Shown piece after piece: positions 48,044 through 56,617 of a DNA stretch of 64,000 nucleotides. Source of the stretch: Betaproteobacteria bacterium UBA5216. GTDB taxonomy: Bacteria; Pseudomonadota; Gammaproteobacteria; Burkholderiales; SG8-41. Below the pieces are notes generated by a model that was not told the origin of the DNA, did not search any database, and saw only the letters and a program-made list of their open reading frames with translations. The stretch is taken from contig DHVE01000053.1 of NCBI GenBank assembly GCA_002412495.1, positions 1,231-65,230 on the forward strand. The letters are read 5' to 3'. The position numbers and the translations under genes were made by a program. The stretch's first letter is position 1. Each line of letters starts with the position of its first letter.

Positions 48044-49024
48044 TCATTCTTCGCGCAGGCCCGCGCTGGCGATGACGCCCCGCATATAACCCACTTCGTT
48101 TTGGATGGCAGCGGCCAGCGCTTCTGGCGAACTACCGACGGATTCCACCGCAGTTCCAGCGAGACGTTCCCGTATGTCGGGCGACTGCAGAATACGCACA
48201 GTTTCCTGGTTGAGCCGCGATACGATGGTTGATGGCGCGCCCGCCGGCGTAAACAAGCCGAACAGCGAATACACTTCATAGCCGGGCAGCCCCGCGCTGG
48301 CCACGGTCGGCAGATTGGGAAAGAGCGGCGACGGCTGCTGCGATGTAATGGCCAGCGCCCTGACTCTGCCCGACTGGAGCATCGGCAGAATCCCCGCGCC
48401 GAGCATGAACATGACGTCCACCTGGCCGCTCATAACCGATGTAAACGCCGATGCCGCTCCTCGAAAGGCAACTCGTACGATGTTTACCTTGGCCATGTGC
48501 TTGAAAAACTCCGCGGCAAGGTGATTGCTGGTGCCCAACGCGGCAGAGGCATAATTGAGTTGCCCAGGACGCGCCCGCGCCAGCGCGATTAACTCCTTCA
48601 CGCTTTTCACCGGCAGCGACGGGTGAACCAACAGAATCGCCGGCGCGCGCGTGAGCAGTGAAACCGGCAGAAAATCTCGATGCGGATCGTACGGCACCTG
48701 CTTGCGCATCATCGGCAGCAACCAAAGCGTGTTGCCGTACAGCAGCAGCGTATAACCGTCCGGCGCGGAACGCGCGACTACATCGCCAGCAATAACACCA
48801 CCCCCGCGATTATCGACGACCACCTGCTGCCCCATGGAAGCCGCATAACCTTGCGACAGGATACGCGCAACAAAATCTCCCGCCCCACCGGCCTCGGAGA
48901 CGACAATTCGGACGGGCTTTACGGGATACGCTTGCGGCTGTGCCGCCGCCGGTGTCCCAAAAGCCCAACATCCCATGGTCACAGCGGCCACCATCAGTCC
49001 TCGTACGGTGGCGCCAATGCGCAC
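48044..49024 (-). CDS. Bug family (TctC-like) substrate-binding protein (tandem copy 1)
   Basis: The start is uncertain. The track ATG at 49126 adds about 35 non-signal residues. GTG at 49024 gives (M)RIGATVRGLMVAAVTMGCWAFGTPAAAQ, a plausible signal peptide. ATG at 48994 is also possible. Confidence 0.8.
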   Translation of the reverse strand: MRIGATVRGLMVAAVTMGCWAFGTPAAAQPQAYPVKPVRIVVSEAGGAGDFVARILSQGYAASMGQQVVVDNRGGGVIAGDVVARSAPDGYTLLLYGNTLWLLPMMRKQVPYDPHRDFLPVSLLTRAPAILLVHPSLPVKSVKELIALARARPGQLNYASAALGTSNHLAAEFFKHMAKVNIVRVAFRGAASAFTSVMSGQVDVMFMLGAGILPMLQSGRVRALAITSQQPSPLFPNLPTVASAGLPGYEVYSLFGLFTPAGAPSTIVSRLNQETVRILQSPDIRERLAGTAVESVGSSPEALAAAIQNEVGYMRGVIASAGLREE

Positions 49025-49122
49025 TTGGTACACTTGGGGCACGTGGTAAGAACGGTTCCTATGCCCGCCGCAGGTGCGCGCACGGCCGTGCCGTTTGCGC
49101 GCACATGGAGGGGCGTGACGTA

Positions 49123-50148
49123 TCATGCGGTGCGGCCTGCCGCCTGTTTGCCATAGCGGCTGTAAACGCGATGCACGTTCGTGTGAAAAATCTTCTCGCG
49201 ATCGCCAGCCGAAAGACCCTCAATGGCGTCGATGTAGCGCTTGGTGTCGTCGTAGTTAAAACCGGTTTCGGGATTTACGCCCCGCACCGCACCGAAAATC
49301 TCTTGTGCAAACAAGATGTTATCGACCGGGATCACCTTGAGCAACAGTTCGATCCCCGGCTTGTGATAGACGCAGGTATCGAAGTAGACATTGTTCAGCA
49401 GCAATTCCTTCAAGGGCGGACGCTTCATGTCCTGTGCAAGGCCCTGATAGCGGCCCCAGTGATACGGCACCGCACCGCCCCCATGCGGGATAACAAACTT
49501 CAGCGTTGGAAAATCCTTGAAGATATTCGACGTCAAGAACTGCATGAACGCCGTGGTATCACCATTGATATAGTGTGCGCCGGTGTGATGAAAATTCGGG
49601 TTGCACGAGCCGCTCACATGCACCATCGCGGGCACATCCAGCTCGACCATTTTTTCATACAGCGGGTACCACCACTTGTCGGTGAGCGGCGGATCGGTCC
49701 AGTAACCGCCCGACGGATCGGGATTCAGGTTACAGCCGATAAAGCCGTATTCCTTCACGCACTTTTCGAGTTCAGGAATGCAATTGGCGGGCGCAACACC
49801 CGGCGACTGCGGTAACTGGCATACGCCCACGAACTTGTCGGGATACATCTTGCACACGCGATGAATCAGTTCATTGCAGATCGCCGACCATGTTTCACTG
49901 GTGTTGCGGTTACCGATGTGATGCCCCATTTGCCCCGCTATGGGCGAAAAAATCGTGAAATCGACGCCACGGTCAGTCATGGACTTCAACTGAGCCCCTT
50001 GCAGGCTTTCGCGGATTTCGTCGTCGCTGATGACCGGCGGTGCCTTGGGATTCAACGAGGAATCCTTCAGGGCGTCGATCTGGCGCTGACGCCAATCCTT
50101 CAGCGGCTTGGGAGCGGTGGTGTAATGCCCGTGGCAGTCGATGATCAT
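49123..50148 (-). CDS. Amidohydrolase_2 family protein (LigJ/ACMSD-like hydratase or decarboxylase)
   Basis: 341 aa. The N-terminal MIIDCHGHYT metal-binding HxH motif is typical of the family. Its length matches my recollection of LigJ-type 4-oxalomesaconate hydratases, which I could not verify. Confidence 0.7.
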   Translation of the reverse strand: MIIDCHGHYTTAPKPLKDWRQRQIDALKDSSLNPKAPPVISDDEIRESLQGAQLKSMTDRGVDFTIFSPIAGQMGHHIGNRNTSETWSAICNELIHRVCKMYPDKFVGVCQLPQSPGVAPANCIPELEKCVKEYGFIGCNLNPDPSGGYWTDPPLTDKWWYPLYEKMVELDVPAMVHVSGSCNPNFHHTGAHYINGDTTAFMQFLTSNIFKDFPTLKFVIPHGGGAVPYHWGRYQGLAQDMKRPPLKELLLNNVYFDTCVYHKPGIELLLKVIPVDNILFAQEIFGAVRGVNPETGFNYDDTKRYIDAIEGLSAGDREKIFHTNVHRVYSRYGKQAAGRTA

Positions 50149-50163
50149 GGTAGTTTCGCTCTG

Positions 50164-51060
50164 TCAGTCCAGCGCGCGCGTGGTGTCGTTAAACAAATCA
50201 TCGGCCCTGAGTTGCTTTGGGATAATGCGCTGCTGCCACGCGTACTCCGCCGCGATGTCGAAATCACGCTTCACTGCCGCATAGCCGATCGGGCGCTTGT
50301 CGATGCCATCCTTCGGCAACGGCTCATTTGCCGCAGCCTTGCTTTCCTTCATCAGCCGGTAAATCTCGCGGACGGCATCCGGGTTCTCTTTCGCAAACGC
50401 GGCGCCGACTACCACAATGTGATTCACCATCAGGGCGTTGTTTTTCTTGTTCCACGCTATGCCTGCGGCCGCCGGATCCGGAACCAGCGTGCGGAACTTC
50501 GGGTTTTGATCGGCTGCGAGCACCGCGGCATCGACTTCACCGTCGAGCAGCATCTGCGCCAGCTTTTTGCCCTTGTTAGCCCGACGCACGTTTGATGGCT
50601 CTTTGTATTCCGGAACATGCCCATCGCCCTGCGCGACAAAGTTGACCTTGGAAAGATCCACGCCGTAGTCGTTGTGCAGAATGCCGCGCACCCACGTGGG
50701 CGTGGTTTGTGAATACGTGCGCATGCCAATCGTCTTGCCGTGCAGATCCTCGGGCTTTAACACGCCCCGGTCCGCGTTGTAGGCAATCTGCCCGTGCTGA
50801 AAACGCCCGTGCAGCGCCACCGGCAGCGCGATCAGCGGATAACCATAGCCTATCGCCTGCAGCACTGTCATCAGCGCGAGTTCGCCGAAATGGAACTCGC
50901 CTTTCACCACCCGCTTGAAGTGATCGTGCGGAACCTCGCCTTCGGCGAATTTCAGGAAGTTGAACTCAACGCCATTGGCCTTCAGCTTGCCCTGTTTCAG
51001 GGCGAGCGTGTTGGGGTAATCCCCCAGCATCGCATTGATTTTTACATTGGCTGAACTCAT
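50164..51060 (-). CDS. Cytoplasmic PBP2-fold protein resembling 4,5-dihydroxyphthalate decarboxylase
   Basis: The track ORF extends to 51150. I prefer the ATG at 51060 (MSSANVKINAM), preceded by AGGAG. No signal peptide. The pattern (FHFGELALMTVLQA...PVALHGRFQHGQIAYN...LHGKTIGMRTYSQTTPTWVRGIL) is paralogous to 51982..52968. Confidence 0.55.
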   Translation of the reverse strand: MSSANVKINAMLGDYPNTLALKQGKLKANGVEFNFLKFAEGEVPHDHFKRVVKGEFHFGELALMTVLQAIGYGYPLIALPVALHGRFQHGQIAYNADRGVLKPEDLHGKTIGMRTYSQTTPTWVRGILHNDYGVDLSKVNFVAQGDGHVPEYKEPSNVRRANKGKKLAQMLLDGEVDAAVLAADQNPKFRTLVPDPAAAGIAWNKKNNALMVNHIVVVGAAFAKENPDAVREIYRLMKESKAAANEPLPKDGIDKRPIGYAAVKRDFDIAAEYAWQQRIIPKQLRADDLFNDTTRALD

Positions 51061-51074
51061 GGTGTTTCTCCTTT

Positions 51075-51929
51075 CTAGTCTGCCAGCGCGGGATAGAGAG
51101 ACTGCGCGGTCTTGGCGAGGATCCACTCCTGATCGCTTTGCGAGAGGCACGACAGCGCAGAGCGGGCTTCATCCGCCATTTCCTTGAGCGATCCCTTGGA
51201 GGCCGGGTAGTTCGAGCCCCAGGCGATGCGATTCGCGGGAATTTCCTTCACCAGCCGTGGGAAGAACACCTCGGGAGAATTGGCGCCCTCCCGCGAGAAT
51301 CGCACGTTGTTGGTCGAGAGCTTGAAATACAGGCTCGGGTATTTCGACAGTTCGAACAGGAACGCCGCGCGGTCATACGGCGGCTGGTCATTCTGCGGTA
51401 CGCGGATCAGGTGATCGACGATGATCTTCACATTCGAAAACCGGCGAATCAGGGTGTAGAGCATGTGCAGCCCTTCGCGGCGCAATTGGGTAACGACGGG
51501 AATCTTGAGTTCCGCGCAGGTTTCCCACGCCTTGAAGGTTTTCGGGTCGTCGAGCGTATCGGCCTGTTTGTCGAAGGTGCTACCGGCGCTGAATATGCGC
51601 AGGCCGGTTACACCCCTGGTTTGCCAATAACGGATTTTTTCCGACGCATCGGGCGCCGCGAAATCCACCGAACCCACGCCGGTGAAGCGCTTCGGCATGG
51701 TGGCGATGGAATCGCACATATAGGTGTTGTCGTAGCCGTAGGTGGTGGACGAATGAACAATCGCCGCCTTGTCCACACCCGCCGCGTTCATCGAAGCAAC
51801 GAGATTCTCGAAATCAATCGGACGCTCGGCGGACCACACCGAGCGCTTGCCGCCGAGCGGCGCGATTGGATATTTTTTCTCGTCCTTCGAAATAATGTGC
51901 GGATGAATGTCGATCATTTTGGAAGCCAT
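51075..51929 (-). CDS. Amidohydrolase_2 family protein
   Basis: 284 aa. MIDIHPHII (HxH) N-terminus, with TIM-barrel hydrolase-like spacing. Confidence 0.7.
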   Translation of the reverse strand: MASKMIDIHPHIISKDEKKYPIAPLGGKRSVWSAERPIDFENLVASMNAAGVDKAAIVHSSTTYGYDNTYMCDSIATMPKRFTGVGSVDFAAPDASEKIRYWQTRGVTGLRIFSAGSTFDKQADTLDDPKTFKAWETCAELKIPVVTQLRREGLHMLYTLIRRFSNVKIIVDHLIRVPQNDQPPYDRAAFLFELSKYPSLYFKLSTNNVRFSREGANSPEVFFPRLVKEIPANRIAWGSNYPASKGSLKEMADEARSALSCLSQSDQEWILAKTAQSLYPALAD

Positions 51930-51981
51930 GGTAGTTTTCCTGTCTGGAGTAAATAAGAGTGATTGAAATGGATTTTGAAAA

Positions 51982-52968
51982 TCAGACTTCAGGATCCACG
52001 AAGAAATCGCTGACTTGATAATCGCGCGTCAGCATCCCCTGCTGGCGAACGTATTTCATCAGGGCCTCGATCGACGGTAGATTGGCCTTGATGCCGTACG
52101 GCAGCGGGTCGCCGACGATGGTTCCCAACTCGGCAAGCAACTTCTCCTTGGTGTCCATCTTGTCGGGCGGCGGCAAATTCTTGAAATAAGCCTGTTTTGC
52201 CTCGGAGTACGCCTTGAACAGAGACTTGGCAACCCACGGGTGCTCCTTCAACACCGAATCCTTCACCACGATGGTACCGTGGAACGGATAAATTCCCGTG
52301 CGTTTGAACCATTCCGCTTCGAGCTTTCTGGAGTCCTTGAAGAAGGCGGTGTAGTTGGTTTCGGCGGGCTTGGCGGCACCCGCGGCCCAACCTTCCTTGG
52401 GCGCGCCCGTGCGTCCCAAACCGGCGGGACCGGTAAACCCGGCCTGCAGTTCGCCTGCCGCCATCATGCTGACCAGCGATTTGCCTTCGGGCACGTGCTT
52501 CACGTACGGTGGCAGTTTGAGCGTGGTCACGTGCTCTTCGTCATCAACCCACCATGTGATTTTTGAAATGTCGATACCGTATTCGTTTTGCAGAACACCT
52601 CGTGTCCAGATGCCGGTGGTCACGGAATACGCACGTACGCCGGCGTTCATGCCTTCAAGGTCCTTGGGCTGCTTGATGCCCACGTCGGGCCGGTAAACGA
52701 AGCCGGAATGATGAAAGTTGCGTGAGACGAAAATCGGCAACGCCTTGAACGGCGCGCCATGTTCGCGAGCAATCATGTAGGTCGAGGGCGCTATCTCGCA
52801 AACATCGAACTCGACGCTGCGCACCATGCGGCGATAGGCCGCGATTTGCGGATTGACGTCAATGAACTCGGGCTTCACGCCCTCGATCGGGATGATGCCA
52901 TCCCTGATCGCGTTCGTGTGGCCAAAACGGCCAATACATATCTTCAGTGGAAGTGGCGTGGCAGACAT
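51982..52968 (-). CDS. Cytoplasmic PBP2-fold protein resembling 4,5-dihydroxyphthalate decarboxylase
   Basis: I prefer the ATG at 52968 (MSATPLPLKICIG), preceded by GAAGGAAAA. No signal peptide. EFDVCEIAPSTYMIAR...PIFVSRNFHHSGFVYR...LEGMNAGVRAYSVTTGIWTRGVLQNEYGI matches the decarboxylase-type pattern. Confidence 0.55.
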   Translation of the reverse strand: MSATPLPLKICIGRFGHTNAIRDGIIPIEGVKPEFIDVNPQIAAYRRMVRSVEFDVCEIAPSTYMIAREHGAPFKALPIFVSRNFHHSGFVYRPDVGIKQPKDLEGMNAGVRAYSVTTGIWTRGVLQNEYGIDISKITWWVDDEEHVTTLKLPPYVKHVPEGKSLVSMMAAGELQAGFTGPAGLGRTGAPKEGWAAGAAKPAETNYTAFFKDSRKLEAEWFKRTGIYPFHGTIVVKDSVLKEHPWVAKSLFKAYSEAKQAYFKNLPPPDKMDTKEKLLAELGTIVGDPLPYGIKANLPSIEALMKYVRQQGMLTRDYQVSDFFVDPEV

Positions 52969-53047
52969 CGATTTTCCTTCTACAGGTTGGAGCGGGTTGG
53001 TCAAAAACGGAATCGGGAACTGTGTAATAAAATTAACGCAGTGAAAT

Positions 53048-54019
53048 TTACTGGCGTTCGATCTTGGCCTGCTCGATTACTTGTTTCCAGCGCGCGATTT
53101 CAGACGCCATCAGCTTGCGTGTCTCGGGGGCGCTAAGAGAGCGTGCCTCTATGCCCATTTCCTGCAACGTCTGCCGCACCTCGGGAACCGCGGCGGCGGC
53201 GATGGCTTCCTTCGCCAATCGATTGACGATGGCGTCCGGTGTTTTGGCCGGCACGCCAAAGCCGGTCCACGAGGTCACGTTGTAACCGGGCAGACCCGCT
53301 TCAATGATTGTTGGCACATCGGGCAATCCAGCGAATCGCCGGTCGGACGCCACGGCAAGCGTGCGGAAAACGCCGGCCTTGATCTGGGACAACACCGGGC
53401 CCAGCAACTCAAATGAAACAGATAGTTCGTTGGCCCGCAGCGAGGTAATCAACGCCGTGTTCGACTTGAACGGAACTGTTTGCACCTCGATCCCCGCCAT
53501 CGATTTGAACAGCTCCACCGCAAGAAACTGCGTGCTGCCGATGTTGATAGTGCCGATGTTGAGCTTGCGCGGATTTTTCTTGGCAAACGCCACCATGTCC
53601 GCCAGGGTGTTAAATCCCGACTGCGGCGTAGCGATCACGCCCATCTGGAAAAAGCCATTGGTGGACACAGGAATAAAATCCCTAAGGGGATCAAAAGTAG
53701 GCTTTTTAAACAACGACACGCTGATGGCTGCCGCATTGCCTGCTTGCAGCAGGGTGTAGCCATCGGGTGCCGCATTGATCACGGCCGCCGCCGCCAGTGC
53801 CCCGCCCGCGCCGGGACGGTTATCCACCACGATCTGCTGCCCCAAACCCTTGCTCATGTACTGCGCGAACAGCCGCATGGTCAAATCGCCTACGCCGCCC
53901 GTGCCCACGCCAAGCACCAATCGGATGGGGCGACTTGGATACACGTCCGCGGCAACCGCCGCGCCACAAAATGCGCCTGCATGCAGGCATACCAATAGTT
54001 TGATAATCCAGCGAAACAA
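53048..54019 (-). CDS. Bug family (TctC-like) substrate-binding protein
   Basis: The track ATG at 54106 adds a non-signal extension. I prefer the TTG at 54019, 6 nt after GAGGAG, giving (M)FRWIIKLLVCLHAGAFCGAAVAADVYPSRPIRLV. The start is uncertain. Confidence 0.8.
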   Translation of the reverse strand: MFRWIIKLLVCLHAGAFCGAAVAADVYPSRPIRLVLGVGTGGVGDLTMRLFAQYMSKGLGQQIVVDNRPGAGGALAAAAVINAAPDGYTLLQAGNAAAISVSLFKKPTFDPLRDFIPVSTNGFFQMGVIATPQSGFNTLADMVAFAKKNPRKLNIGTINIGSTQFLAVELFKSMAGIEVQTVPFKSNTALITSLRANELSVSFELLGPVLSQIKAGVFRTLAVASDRRFAGLPDVPTIIEAGLPGYNVTSWTGFGVPAKTPDAIVNRLAKEAIAAAAVPEVRQTLQEMGIEARSLSAPETRKLMASEIARWKQVIEQAKIERQ

Positions 54020-54226
54020 CAGTATCTCCTCGGTGTGTTGCCGCAAGAACGGCCCCCTCTTGGTGGGGATATTGGCCGGGATAGTGGCGAAGATGTATTC
54101 AGCCATTTAACCTCATAGTATCGCGCTTCAATCAATAACTATCCAGTGAATAAAATGGCCCACTACATAACCAAATGGTAATTTCCCCATAGTCCGGAAA
54201 GTTCTGTTGGAAAACGCAGGCTGGGG

Positions 54227-55640
54227 CTATTTCACCAGTAGCGGCCGCAATGCGCGCATGTTGGAAATCCAACCAATGGACCATATTGCATCGCACAATG
54301 CTCGTGCTCGACGGGCCCCCAACACCGGGCCCATCAGATCCAGTGCCTTTTCCGCCACCTCCAATCGCGTCATGGGATTCTGCACCGTGCCACGAACGGC
54401 GTGCGTGTGGTGCCGCAGGCACCGCCCGTTCTTCAGGAACACTTCGACTATTGCATGCTTCTCGGGGCGTAGTTTTTCCAGCGCTGCATCGCCCACCTGC
54501 GAAATTCGCCGGCGCATTTCGATCACACGCGGATCCCGCATGCGCAGTGGGTCGAGCGCCGCCTTGAAGGTGACGAACCCATCGACCAGCATCAGCGCGC
54601 AGAGGTGCTGCATGTTGAGAGGTGCTGCATGTTGATGTCCGGCATGTCGCGGTCGTCGGCAATGCGCGCGCCCGAGGTATACACGCGAACCACGACATGA
54701 TCGACATCGCGCGCGCCAAAACGCTCCGTGCGCATCAGTTCAATCAGCGAATCCAGCGGCGCCTGGATGGGAGAACCCACCGACCAGCGCTTGATGTTGG
54801 TGTTTGCGATTTCCCAACGCTGGGCAAGATCGCGTACGAGCGCACCGGGATCCGGCGTTCGACCGATACGGTGCGACTCATCGTGCGCTAGAAAAAAGTT
54901 GCGCTCGCCTGTAAACACATCGTCAGTCGCCGTGCATCCGGATGCCACCAGCGTGGCTGCGGTCACCCCGTTACGCGCCGGCATGCCGCCAAAATCAAAA
55001 GCTTTCTCGACATGCTCCAGATCGCGCCCGTAAGTGGATAACCCGGAGGCCTGCTGCGCTGCATACGTCAGCACGTGCCGCACTTGGGTTGCGTTTAACT
55101 TCGCCAGCGCGGCACTGGCCGTAGCGGCGCCGAACGTCGCGCCGAAGCAATGCGTCATGTGGCCCAGCCGGCCAAACTGGACCGCGCCCAAAGCAAGGCT
55201 AAGCCGTGTGCATACATCGTAGCCCAAGGTCACCGCACGTAGAAACGCCGTGCAGCCACGGCGCTCGCGTTCCGCCATGGCGAGCGCCGCAGACACGATG
55301 CCGCAACCCGGGTGCGTCAACGAGGCGAGTGCGAATCATCTGTTTCGTCGGCATGGGCAAGCATGCCGTTCGCCAGCGCTACCAGCACGACATTCGTCCG
55401 GAGGCGCGTGCCCACCACGGTGGCTTCCGGAATGCCTCCGAACAAGCGCACATACGCAATGGCGCGCTGGCCGGGGGGCAAGGTAGTACCCGATACCATG
55501 GCGGCCAGCGTATCCAGTACATGATGTTTAGCGCATTCGGCAACTTGTGACGGAAGCGGCCGGCGCAGCGCCTGCGAAATATATATCGACAGTTTTTCCG
55601 TAACCGGGCCGACGCCGGCAAGGGGCGAACGCTTTTTCAT
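54227..55640 (-). pseudogene. MmgE/PrpD family protein (2-methylcitrate dehydratase family), disrupted by two frameshifts
   Basis: Three consecutive ORF fragments (55317..55640, 54592..55320, 54227..54613) read as one PrpD-like protein: AHADETDDSH..., THPGCGIVSAALA..., DINMQHL / MQHLCALMLVDG. Confidence 0.8.
54601..54634. repeat. Perfect 17-bp tandem duplication (AGAGGTGCTGCATGTTG x2) inside the PrpD-family gene
   Basis: Read directly: 54601-54617 equals 54618-54634. Deleting one copy restores ...DRDMPDINMQHLCALMLVDGFVTFK... in a single frame. Confidence 0.95.
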
Positions 55641-55728
55641 GACACTGCTCCTGTACTCAACACCTCTTCACGCGGGCATGAAGGCCACAGGTAAAATACG
55701 TGCTACAAAATCAATTCAGGGAAAAACA

Positions 55729-56466
55729 ATGGACACTGGGCTGAAGGGAAGAACCGTTTTGGTCACCGGCGCGAGCCGTAACATGGGCAGACTTGCCGCA
55801 TTGGCGTTTGCGCGCGAAGGCGCGAACATCGCCATTTGCACCAGCACCCGGATGAATGACTTGAACCAGGTAGCCGAGGAAGCGCGGGCAATGGGCGTCA
55901 ACGCGGTCGCGATGCAATGCGACATCACCGATGATACTGCCGTGGGCGCCTTCGTGAAGCACTCGCATGCAACATTGGGACGCATCGATGTGGCGGTCAA
56001 TCTTGCCGGTTTCCGTTGCGAGCAGCCCTTTCTCGACGAGAGCCACGATGCGTGGCATCGCAATATCGGCGTCAATCTCACCGGCCCGTATCACGTCTGC
56101 CGGCACGTATTGCCGTTGATGATGGAGCGGCGATGGGGACGCATCATCAATACGTCGGGTATCGCGCCGTACCTCGGCATAGGCGCCGCCAAGGCGATGG
56201 TCAAGCTGGGCATCGTAGGCTTTACGCGCGGCATTGCACAGGAATTTGGAAAATACAACATCACGGCCAACTGTTTCGGCCCGGGACAAATCGCGCGTCC
56301 GGCGGAGGCAACCGTGAAGGAGAAGCCGATACGCGCCGTGCAGGCGCTGCAACGCAAAGGCACGCCCGAGGAAGCAATTTCGCTGATTATCTATCTGGCC
56401 AGCGAAGGCGCGGGTTTCATTACCGGGCAATCCTACCTGGTAAATGGCGGGGCCTATCTTCAGTAA
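55729..56466 (+). CDS. SDR family oxidoreductase (atypical active-site region)
   Basis: The track ORF starts at 55639. I prefer the ATG at 55729 (MDTGLKGRTVLVTGASRNMG, TGxxxxxG motif). The position expected for YxxxK reads IGAAK. Confidence 0.75.
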   Translation: MDTGLKGRTVLVTGASRNMGRLAALAFAREGANIAICTSTRMNDLNQVAEEARAMGVNAVAMQCDITDDTAVGAFVKHSHATLGRIDVAVNLAGFRCEQPFLDESHDAWHRNIGVNLTGPYHVCRHVLPLMMERRWGRIINTSGIAPYLGIGAAKAMVKLGIVGFTRGIAQEFGKYNITANCFGPGQIARPAEATVKEKPIRAVQALQRKGTPEEAISLIIYLASEGAGFITGQSYLVNGGAYLQ

Positions 56467-56617
56467 ACGTCGCCTCGCGCGAAAACGATCGGGCAGCCAA
56501 TACCGCTCCGCACGGCACGAACTGGGGTGGCAACACGGGCGATAACCCTCCGGTAGAATACCGCCGACCACTATTACCATTTGGTAATATTTTATCCTAC
56601 TTCGGCTGAATACCCCC

